Virus record (IMG/VR): IMGVR_UViG_3300028909_000018
Span: 43,555 to 107,554 of that record
DNA from: a virus
DNA: 64,000 nt
Reading direction: 5' to 3' (one strand)
Both the position numbers and the translations under genes were made by a program. The notes below the pieces were generated by a model. The model had not been told where the DNA came from. It searched no databases and saw only the letters and a program-made list of their open reading frames with translations. Positions within the stretch are counted from its first letter, which is position 1. Each line of letters begins with the position of its first letter. This document shows, one piece after another, positions 49,380 to 57,066 of this stretch.

Positions 49380-49642
49380 GCCGCCTTTCGGTAATCTTCT
49401 TCCTCTTCCTCGACATTGACCACAGGCGCGGAGAATCCCGGCTTGGGTGCCAATATGAAGCGATGGGATTCAAATCCCATATTTTTCACTTCCTTCAGAC
49501 GATAAAATTCGGCTGCACCAATAAAATAATTGATAATCACTGTATATTGTGAGCCTGTCTTAAGATACATCTCCCTGCCGCGATTGTTGATACAAACAAC
49601 CACGAACCCTATTTCATTTAACATTATATTCATCCACCCCAT
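49376..49642 (-). CDS. small SH3-like paralog-family protein
   Basis: VVCIN...L..G..Y.V...F.S.RF. Confidence 0.55.
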   Translation of the reverse strand: MGWMNIMLNEIGFVVVCINNRGREMYLKTGSQYTVIINYFIGAAEFYRLKEVKNMGFESHRFILAPKPGFSAPVVNVEEEEEDYRKAA

Positions 49643-50126
49643 TGTTTGTGTATGTATCTGGTTTCAGTTCGTTATTATCACCTAGCACAAATCCTCCTAT
49701 ATGAAGATGAGAAGTTTGATTTGTGTCGGCGTCACCATATTCTGTCACGTCTCCCTGAATTAAAACATCTTGAGGATGCTTGGCGAAAGCCTTATTCAAA
49801 TCATCGACCAACTTTTGATTAAATTGCGCGATGTAGAGAGTCGGATAATCTTCCATAATGAGAAGGTAAATACTCTTCTTATCAGGTGACATTTCAAAAC
49901 TTATCACCCTAGGACTGTTTTCCTTCGTAAATATGTGATGATAGAAGGGAATGTTCATAATCGGTCGGGCCGTTCCCAGAAGATCATGAATTGTGTAATA
50001 AGAGAAACCCAAAAATAAACAGTATATAAGAGCAGCCAGACCCATAAGCTTCGGTCTCACCATCAAGGATGTAATCAAAAATAGTACAGCCGTCATACCA
50101 AAGAAGACAAATGAAATTACTGTCAT
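49614..50126 (-). CDS. membrane protein of the ExbB-like cassette
   Basis: two N-terminal TM segments. Confidence 0.6.
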   Translation of the reverse strand: MTVISFVFFGMTAVLFLITSLMVRPKLMGLAALIYCLFLGFSYYTIHDLLGTARPIMNIPFYHHIFTKENSPRVISFEMSPDKKSIYLLIMEDYPTLYIAQFNQKLVDDLNKAFAKHPQDVLIQGDVTEYGDADTNQTSHLHIGGFVLGDNNELKPDTYTNNGVDEYNVK

Positions 50127-50767
50127 TGATGAGCCATCCACTTATCGTTTGAATTAATAGAACTGTCTATGATTTTACCATCCTCACCGACCCTGAAATT
50201 AAACATCGTCTTCTCTTGATTTTCTGCCGTGAATGTATGCACCCCTCTCATAGTTTTAAAACGACCATCCGAGACGCTTGCACCCTTTAGTCTGATAATC
50301 ATTGTCGCCTCGACCGTTCCATTCGGAAATTTCCCAAAGGCGGGACTTGATGCCTGTGTCTCATGGTTAGAGAAATAATAGATATTGAACGTGTATTCTC
50401 CGGGAATAATCTTGTTGGTGCATTCGATTTCCATATTTAAATGTTCAAGATTATTCTGGAAGCCGATAACGTCACGGTAAAGATCAAGTCCCCCGCCATG
50501 CATGTTGGAGAATCCGATAGGCTTTCCATCTTTGGGTGACTTACCCCAGATATCAAGATCGATATCACGATCATTCGGCCAATAAATTTCGGCACAAAGA
50601 CTACCCAGCATCACACCATCATTATTATTTTCACTGTGTGGAACCATAGAAACCACCACGAAAAGCATAAAGACGAAGGCGGCGAAGGAAACCATCACGT
50701 CGGCCAGAACATAACCAAACAGCTTTTCCTCTAGCGACTCATTAAACTTCGCGCTTAGATCGGTCAT
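50123..50767 (-). CDS. membrane-anchored YfaP/DUF2135-like protein
   Basis: TM with Asp (LADVM); W..D.D.DLD.W...L.RD...N.E...PGEY..N..YF. Confidence 0.65.
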   Translation of the reverse strand: MTDLSAKFNESLEEKLFGYVLADVMVSFAAFVFMLFVVVSMVPHSENNNDGVMLGSLCAEIYWPNDRDIDLDIWGKSPKDGKPIGFSNMHGGGLDLYRDVIGFQNNLEHLNMEIECTNKIIPGEYTFNIYYFSNHETQASSPAFGKFPNGTVEATMIIRLKGASVSDGRFKTMRGVHTFTAENQEKTMFNFRVGEDGKIIDSSINSNDKWMAHQ

Positions 50768-51207
50768 TCACCATTCACCAAGAAGCTGTTGAACCTCGTC
50801 CATAGAAAGGCTACGAGGCCGATCAAGGTCGTATTGAACAAAGTCAACGCGCCTGAAATCATATTTTTCAAAACGAATTGAGGGTCCGACAAGTCCTGAA
50901 GTCCCATGATCATATGCACGAAACCGATCAGGGTGCCACAGAGGCCGATGAAAAGAAACTGTCCCAAGACATAATTCAGATATCTGTTGATCTTCTTCCC
51001 GCCATATCCATAGGTTTGATCGTTTTTGAAGGTGGCGAAAATTCGTAGAAAGATGCCTGTGACGAGTAGCAACGCCAGAACGTAGGAGATGTGGGTCACA
51101 TCGTTTGTAAAGATGTAACCCACAAATCCATAAAAGTATCCAACAATGAAGAGAGCCATGATGAAGACATTAAAAAACACCAGACGAAATGTATTTGTGT
51201 ACCGCAA
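50764..51207 (-). CDS. MotA/TolQ/ExbB proton-channel-like protein
   Basis: IGL.GTLIGF..M...G....FNTTL.G. Confidence 0.75.
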   Translation of the reverse strand: MRYTNTFRLVFFNVFIMALFIVGYFYGFVGYIFTNDVTHISYVLALLLVTGIFLRIFATFKNDQTYGYGGKKINRYLNYVLGQFLFIGLCGTLIGFVHMIMGLQDLSDPQFVLKNMISGALTLFNTTLIGLVAFLWTRFNSFLVNGE

Positions 51208-51217
51208 AATAATCTCC

Positions 51218-52366
51218 TTAGTAGACCCACTTTAAGTTGCCATTGTCCCAGATAGAACGAGCCTTGTCAACGTTTGTTTGGCTTCCTGTATTCTTTTTTA
51301 GAATGTCAAGAAGGTGTTGTTTAACTTCCGTGATATTTATAGAAATTTTATCAAAGAAGGTAAAGGCGGTGGCCCGAACATAGGAATTAACCCAATCCTT
51401 ACTTTCAAGGGCGAATTCTTTACGAGTCATATTCGTGGCGTTATAATGTTCAAGCACACCAAAAATGTTGTCGGCCTGTTCATTGAAGTTGCACCAGAAT
51501 TCATATTCAAATTCTTCGAACTTCTCCCGATCAGGCTCAGTCAGAAGTACTCGGAAGTCGTCGGCCATTCCTTCCACCAGAATGGCGATGACATTCTTTT
51601 CACGCGCCAGTTCGTCCTTGGAGCGATGTAGCAGGCAATATTGATCGGCCTTGATCTTCACCATGGAGCCATCAGACCACCGCACCACGAAGCCCTCTAG
51701 GCCTTCCATAGGCTTTACAGCTTCAACTAGCTCCTGCATCGACGCGACGGTGCCGGGATATTGTTTGACGACATCAACATCAAAAGCAAGAGCAATATGA
51801 TTCATTCTTGAATATTCAAGATAGTTTCCAGATACATTATGACGAATTCCGATCAGCACAAGACGATCTTCGGGGTGAGAAATAACAATTCTATTTTGAT
51901 TTGAACACCATTCAAAGATGGGCGTCATACTCCATTCTGACATACACCAGTTGGCAAATTCTAGGTATTTTGGATTTTTCTCAACGAAAGCCTCGATCTG
52001 TGGCGTAAGAAACGTCACACCGGCCTTCGAACCCCACGTCATCTTCCCATAGGAAATCATCGTCGTCACCATCGATCCGTCCAGCTTCTCCAAGATTACA
52101 TGCGGCTTGGAGAAATCAAGATTCTCGACTAGCGTTTCAGGACGTTCATTGACGTTAAAAAACTTATGAAGGCGTCGAGCCATAATCCGACCATCTTTAT
52201 AAAAGATGATCCCACGACATTCCTTTTCGACAGCGTTATGGAAGGTGTCGGGAGTATTGACGATGTAATCGATGACGATGTAATCTTCCTTGTAATTAAC
52301 GTGGAAGTTATCATTGCCTCGGATGTGGGGCAGCACGTCGTCAATGGTCTCGATAATTGGGAACAT
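51218..52366 (-). CDS. rnlA: RNA ligase 1 (T4 RnlA family)
   Basis: ECRG..F, HKFFN..E, EKLDGS, FEW.S..NRIV, EGFVV, KIK...Y. Confidence 0.92.
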   Translation of the reverse strand: MFPIIETIDDVLPHIRGNDNFHVNYKEDYIVIDYIVNTPDTFHNAVEKECRGIIFYKDGRIMARRLHKFFNVNERPETLVENLDFSKPHVILEKLDGSMVTTMISYGKMTWGSKAGVTFLTPQIEAFVEKNPKYLEFANWCMSEWSMTPIFEWCSNQNRIVISHPEDRLVLIGIRHNVSGNYLEYSRMNHIALAFDVDVVKQYPGTVASMQELVEAVKPMEGLEGFVVRWSDGSMVKIKADQYCLLHRSKDELAREKNVIAILVEGMADDFRVLLTEPDREKFEEFEYEFWCNFNEQADNIFGVLEHYNATNMTRKEFALESKDWVNSYVRATAFTFFDKISINITEVKQHLLDILKKNTGSQTNVDKARSIWDNGNLKWVY

Positions 52367-52746
52367 GTGATTTCCTTAGAATTTATAGAAACTGGTTCTT
52401 CTACCCTATACGGATTATCTTCCAAGTCAAGAGATTTATCATAATTTCCTGAAACAATATCATGTTCCATCTTTTCGATGTACAAATCCAGATCATCCAA
52501 GGGACGGAAGCGAGAGGCCCTGAAGGCACATTCTCTTTTAAAATCAGGATTATAGGTGCCGGTTATGCCATGCAACGAGACTCCGAATCCTTTTTTGGGA
52601 TCATCAACGGGTGGAGTCCATATTTTACGGACTATATATCTTTTACCCTCTTCGGGAAGAGATGTATAAAATTGTGGACTTCCAATATTTTTATCATCGA
52701 CACAGACCACCGTCTGGGCAACATCATAATCTAACATTTCAAACCC

Positions 52747-53148
52747 TTAAATAGAATTTCTAATTTGTTGGGCCAAAGCAGGATAGGACTTTGGATGCAC
52801 CCCATCTCGACCGGGATATACCTGAACGGCCCGATCCCCATAAAGAGCAGCCACATGGCCTACCACCGAGGATGGACGACTATGGGCAGGCTTCACCCAT
52901 ATCGTGATCTGGCAATGGACGTTCCTACGGATGGCCTCCAGATTCTTCTCCAGATTTAAATTCAGAGGATCATTCGAACCGGCCGAGATGACGCAGGCAT
53001 AATGTGGACCCGACGCCGCAGCCTCATGGATGATGAAGGAACTTGGCTTACCATAAACCGCATGGATTTCTTGACAATGGAGAGACCCACCGAGGCCCTC
53101 GCGTGTGGCAATACTATCACCGATGCTGACACAATCAAAATTAATCAA
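52747..53148 (-). CDS. SGNH/GDSL-like hydrolase
   Basis: IGDSIA, GSND, DGVHP blocks. Confidence 0.75.
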   Translation of the reverse strand: MINFDCVSIGDSIATREGLGGSLHCQEIHAVYGKPSSFIIHEAAASGPHYACVISAGSNDPLNLNLEKNLEAIRRNVHCQITIWVKPAHSRPSSVVGHVAALYGDRAVQVYPGRDGVHPKSYPALAQQIRNSI

Positions 53149-53168
53149 TTTTATTCCTTTCAAGAAAA

Positions 53169-53246
53169 TGGCGGGGAGTATGGGCTTCGATCCCATGATC
53201 ACGCTTCGACAGAGCGTTGCTTTAGGCCAGACTAAGCTAAATCCCC
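53169..53246 (-). tRNA. tRNA-Asp(GUC), T-loop ATCGAAG
   Basis: cloverleaf, loop CTGTCGA, G73, CCA. Confidence 0.85.
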
Positions 53247-53248
53247 AT

Positions 53249-53323
53249 TGGTTGACGCGATAGGACTTGAACCTATTTGGTCTCAATTATCAGTTGAGTG
53301 CCTAACCATTCGGCCACACGTCA
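53249..53323 (-). tRNA. tRNA-Ile(GAU)
   Basis: cloverleaf, loop CTGATAA, CCA. Confidence 0.9.
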
Positions 53324-53334
53324 TCATTAAAATT

Positions 53335-53422
53335 TGGCAGGAGCGGAGGGATTCGAACCCGTCTCGGCTATTACGCCACGGTTTTGGAGACCGTTCCGAC
53401 TCTCCAACTTCGGAGCACCCCT
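53335..53422 (-). tRNA. tRNA with Trp (CCA) anticodon and long variable arm
   Basis: ACGGT-CTCCAAA-ACCGT, GGC-GTAATA-GCC variable stem, G73, CCA. Confidence 0.8.
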
Positions 53423-53446
53423 AAAGAGTCTATTTACTAAAACAGT

Positions 53447-53472
53447 AAGGGGCCATAATAGGCCCCTTTTTT
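53447..53472. terminator. hairpin/terminator after the Pth2-like gene
   Basis: AAGGGGCC-ATAATA-GGCCCCTT. Confidence 0.7.
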
Positions 53473-54179
53473 TAGAAAGTCAATAGGGTTGAAGCCCTAA
53501 GTTCTTTTCTTTTATGGGACGGAACAGGATGAGTACCAATAGCGATGATACGATCCACGTCGGGCTCATAAAATCCCTCGACACGGAAACCCACGGCTTC
53601 CAGATGAGCAGCCACAACTTCGATATGATCATATTGTTCCGGCATCTCACAGACCTGAAAATGAATCTTGTGAGCATCGAAGGATTTGTTCATCTTCTGG
53701 CCGATCACCATGGCCACATGCGCCGCCTGAACAGCCTGATAAATAGGATCATCGAAACGCTTATCAACGAAGATGTAGGAATAATTACGGCGCTTGTATT
53801 TGTCGAAACCATCCTCTCTTCCTGAAAGAATATTCAAAATTCGCAAGAAATTTTTGAATTCCTTGTATGCTTCTTCTGAACCGGAGAAGATCGTATCGAC
53901 ACTTTCTTGATCTTTCATTCCAAGAAGTCCATCACTCAGGGACATAGAAGCAATCCAGAGAGCCTTCTTCAGCCCTTGAAATGGATGGTTTCCATTAACC
54001 AACTTATTTTCGTTGGTAACTTCCGTAAATGCCCGACGCGCCTGACTCTGGAAGATTTCTTCCCGGTTAGTCTCGTTTGAAGTTTGAGCGAAGAAGGCCT
54101 TCAGGGCGATATGTTGAACGACGTTAACTGCCGTGGCCTTGTTGGCAATTTTTTGCCATGCTTGCGTATATGTTTTCAT
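53472..54179 (-). CDS. protein with C-terminal Pth2-like (peptidyl-tRNA hydrolase II) domain
   Basis: YIFV......AVQAAH...F.EPD....A..T.PV......L...LL matches the Pth2-like pattern. Confidence 0.7.
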   Translation of the reverse strand: MKTYTQAWQKIANKATAVNVVQHIALKAFFAQTSNETNREEIFQSQARRAFTEVTNENKLVNGNHPFQGLKKALWIASMSLSDGLLGMKDQESVDTIFSGSEEAYKEFKNFLRILNILSGREDGFDKYKRRNYSYIFVDKRFDDPIYQAVQAAHVAMVIGQKMNKSFDAHKIHFQVCEMPEQYDHIEVVAAHLEAVGFRVEGFYEPDVDRIIAIGTHPVPSHKRKELRASTLLTF

Positions 54180-54196
54180 TTTTATTTCTCCTAATT

Positions 54197-54277
54197 TTAA
54201 TTAATGTTAAAGTTTATTGTATTCCACGTATCCGTAGGAGGATCACGTATACTTACCTAGATTTCATACTTCTTCAT
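54197..54277 (-). CDS. leader ORF with in-frame UAG: MKKYEI*VSIRDPPTDTWNTINFNIN
   Basis: AAAGGA RBS, TAG at 54257-54259, anti-SD CTCCTA at 54235-54240, ends next to the RBS of the downstream gene. Confidence 0.7.
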
Positions 54278-54292
54278 TCTTATTTTCCTTTC

Positions 54293-54370
54293 TGGTGCTT
54301 GTGGAGGGACTCGAACCCACAACCTAGGGATTTAGAATCCCCCGCTCTGACCAAATTGAGCTACACAAGC
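54293..54370 (-). tRNA. amber suppressor tRNA (CUA)
   Basis: full cloverleaf; anticodon arm GGGGA-TTCTAAA-TCCCT puts CTA at 34-36; A73, CCA. Confidence 0.88.
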
Positions 54371-54383
54371 ATATTTATCAAAA

Positions 54384-54458
54384 TGGTAGCCAGTGAGAAT
54401 TTTGAAATCTCGACCTGATCCGTGTAAAGGAACTGCTCTACCTCTGAGCTAACCGGCT
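54384..54458 (-). tRNA. tRNA-Val(UAC), atypical T-arm
   Basis: loop TTTACAC, CCA; exact TATAAATA at 54467-54474. Confidence 0.85.
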
Positions 54459-54515
54459 TCAACTTCTATTTATATATGAAATAATAAATATTGTCAACAT
54501 AAATGGGAGGGGAAG

Positions 54516-55013
54516 ATGAAATTAGTTGACGTAATATCCCAGATCAAATCTGGCGACATCATCACATGGGCCAACGAGACATCATGGATGGACAAATGGA
54601 TTTCGTTCTGAACCCGTTCCCCTTACGATCACGTTGCGGTGGCGTATTGGACCAATAATACCCTCATGTTTGCACAGGCGGGAGCCACAGGCTGCGTCTA
54701 TATGACTCCTGCCCTCACCGGAGCCATCACCGCCCACACAGGAACATGCTACTGGATTCCAAATAATCTCACATGGAATCCCGGTGCCGATTCTGTTTTA
54801 AATTCTGCCATCGGCATGAAATATTCTGTTCTGGCCGAAGTCGAAGTCGGGCTTGATATGACGCCCCCAACAAACGACTATATTTGTTCAATTTACGCGG
54901 CTAAGATTCTCAATCCTCTTGGACTTTATATTTCACCAAAGGGATGTACACCGAAGGTCGTCGTGGCGGCATGTCTCGCGAAGAATGGTGGAAAGATCAC
55001 CGAAATAGAGTGA
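54516..55013 (+). pseudogene. permuted papain-like NlpC/P60 (YiiX-like) gene interrupted by an in-frame TGA
   Basis: GDII..., S.Y.HVA, YICS motifs in one frame across TGA at 54609-54611; GGAGG RBS; AATAAATA upstream. Confidence 0.7.
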
Positions 55014-55097
55014 GGGTTCATACAGGCCGATTGTACCCACAACTGAAGCAACTATGAAGGTTCATGTATCTGCCCATTTTACCTACAACTTAGACTT

Positions 55098-55173
55098 TGG
55101 TCCCGACTTCTGGTTACGATCCAGACTCTCCTGATTTTCAGTCAGGCGCTTTCACCAGATTAGCTTAGTCGGA
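55098..55173 (-). tRNA. tRNA-Phe(GAA), T-loop ATCGTAA
   Basis: loop CTGAAAA, CCA. Confidence 0.82.
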
Positions 55174-55196
55174 ATGAATTTCGTATCCTATTTATC

Positions 55197-55631
55197 TTAT
55201 ACACCAAATTTTCGAACCTGTATACCCGTCGCCGCAAAAATTTCTTTCGCAATGATAAAATCCTCGGCATATCGCGGATTGTCGGTGATGTCATCAATAA
55301 TCACTTCCCTGATCCCGGCCTGAGCGATGCTGCCAGCACATCGGGAACATGGATGGAATGGTGTCACGTAGATCGAGGCACCCTCACAGGCGATGCCATA
55401 CTTCGCCGCGATGACGATGGCATTCTCTTCCCCATGGATCGTCCATGAGTATTTAAGAGGCCTCTGGTGCCTCTCTGACACGTCATCATCCACGCCGGAA
55501 GGAAATCCATTGTAGCCCGTCGATATGACCCGCTTGTCCTTTACAATGACAGCGCCGACCTTGCTGGACTGGTCCTTGGATTTCTTCGCCGCATGACGGG
55601 CGAATCCGATAAAATATTCATCCCAATTCAT
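55197..55631 (-). CDS. dCMP deaminase
   Basis: KVGAVIV, GYNG.P, HGEENA, PCSRC. Confidence 0.92.
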   Translation of the reverse strand: MNWDEYFIGFARHAAKKSKDQSSKVGAVIVKDKRVISTGYNGFPSGVDDDVSERHQRPLKYSWTIHGEENAIVIAAKYGIACEGASIYVTPFHPCSRCAGSIAQAGIREVIIDDITDNPRYAEDFIIAKEIFAATGIQVRKFGV

Positions 55632-56009
55632 TTCTTAAGCGCCTCACTAGCGATAAGTTTAAGAGTTTCTACAGAATTTACCCATTCGATGGCGACAGGC
55701 ATATGTATCATATATTCTGGATCGAGTTCTGTCGTTCTATGAAGGACTCGCCAAGGATCAATCACGTCTAGGAGACCCTCTTCAAGCTTGGCGATTCGAT
55801 TTAACATTGCTGTTTTAGTCATCAATTTTTTCCAGTTCATAAAGATGAACGATAATTGGACCCTTTTCTTCGGAAGTCCAGTCTACAATTGCCCAATTAA
55901 CATTTTCTAGACGACGAAGATACCCCTCTTGGATTCTTCCTCTCAGTCGCACCTTATCATCAAGGACGGGATTGACGTTCTTCTTTTTCTTCATTGACTT
56001 TCTTTAAAA

Positions 56010-56096
56010 TGGTGGGTCACCTAGGTAATGCTCCTAGCCACGCGCAAAGGCTTCTGTTTTACAGACAGATCAGTGTCTTTAACTGAGTAGTAACCC
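56010..56096 (-). tRNA. tRNA-Tyr(GUA), T-loop AGCATTA
   Basis: loop CTGTAAA, long variable arm, A73, CCA. Confidence 0.78.
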
Positions 56097-56171
56097 ATTT
56101 GATCTATTTATTTTTTATCACCAAAAAAGTGAAGGTTCCTTACACACGAAGTACACCTACAACCCAAGAAA

Positions 56172-56245
56172 TGGTGGAGCGGGAGAGAATCGAACTCTCA
56201 AGTATGCCTTGCAAAGGCATCAGTTTCCCGTTAGCTTACCGCCCC
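56172..56245 (-). tRNA. tRNA-Ala(UGC)
   Basis: G3:U70, loop TTTGCAA, CCA. Confidence 0.9.
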
Positions 56246-56252
56246 GTTCTAT

Positions 56253-56618
56253 TTATTGAAACTTGGAAGTGTCCAGATTATGAAGCTTTCCAAAAGCAAT
56301 CAGACGATCAACTTTCAGACCATTTTCATTCCAACTATTTCTGTCATCATGAAAAAGCTGAAAACTCCTAAGAAACTTGGCGTATCGGTTGATATACCAA
56401 GGAAGTTTAAAACAATTTCTAACCAAGCCATCAACAGTAAGCATTTCAAATTTTGTTCTATAAATCTCGTCGGGAATTAGACAGCCGACAGCACACATGG
56501 TTCCATTATTACCACGGTATCGACAAACCATTTCTACATTATCGTATGATCGAACTCCCTGCTTGATGAGGAAGGCACCCACGTAGTCAAAAATCGCCTG
56601 TTTGCTCTTGAAATTCAT
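56253..56618 (-). CDS. conserved phage hypothetical protein
   Basis: QG..S....C.YR....MCAVGCLIPD..Y...Q..HD. Confidence 0.7.
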   Translation of the reverse strand: MNFKSKQAIFDYVGAFLIKQGVRSYDNVEMVCRYRGNNGTMCAVGCLIPDEIYRTKFEMLTVDGLVRNCFKLPWYINRYAKFLRSFQLFHDDRNSWNENGLKVDRLIAFGKLHNLDTSKFQ

Positions 56619-56835
56619 CTCATTTACCCCTTACTTTCATCTCTAAATTATCAAGGTATTTCGCCAACAAGATTGACAGACTTCTGTCTACCACACACCA
56701 GTCGATAAAGATAGCCATCTGTTCGAATAAATTTCGAAGTAAGTATGGAATTAATATGACCAATCCTATGGTGACGACACAAAATATATACCAATAATAC
56801 AAAAACCAACGTTTCATTTTTCATCCTTTAAAAAC

Positions 56836-56905
56836 GGCGCTTCCGAACGATTTTCACATTATCTCTGGCACTATGACAGTATTTTAAAAGTTAAACTACA
56901 GAATA
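56836..56905 (-). pseudogene. degenerate tRNA-like sequence
   Basis: TTCTG-TAGTTTAA...AATG-TGAAAAT-CGTT-CGGAA remnants directly 3' of tRNA-Pro. Confidence 0.35.
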
Positions 56906-56907
56906 TG

Positions 56908-56983
56908 TACGGGGTATTGGATTCGAACCAATGTGCTGAAGTTTCCAAAACTTCCGGGAACGACCTGACTTCCCCAACCCCAT
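56908..56983 (-). tRNA. atypical tRNA-Pro(UGG) (A37, A1-U72, no encoded CCA)
   Basis: GAAGT-TTTGGAA-ACTTC, canonical T-arm. Confidence 0.7.
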
Positions 56984-56988
56984 GTTAA

Positions 56989-57066
56989 TGGTTGCGCCAG
57001 AGGGATTTGAACCCTCGATCTTCGGCGTATGAGACCAACGACTTAACCAGACTCGTCCACAGCGCA
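56989..57066 (-). tRNA. tRNA-Met(CAU), initiator-like
   Basis: loop CTCATAC, A11-U24, T-loop TTCAAAT, CCA. Confidence 0.85.

Noticed and set aside
52129-52366. 238-bp overlap of the 202-aa ORF with rnlA as a dual-coding region
   Set aside because: The overlapping tail looks like an off-frame read of rnlA, most simply a lost stop codon; no evidence of function.
54293-54370. Reading the suppressor as tRNA-Arg(UCU)
   Set aside because: Shifting the loop by one base breaks the anticodon stem register; the 5-bp stem and 7-nt loop give CUA, and A20 is absent.
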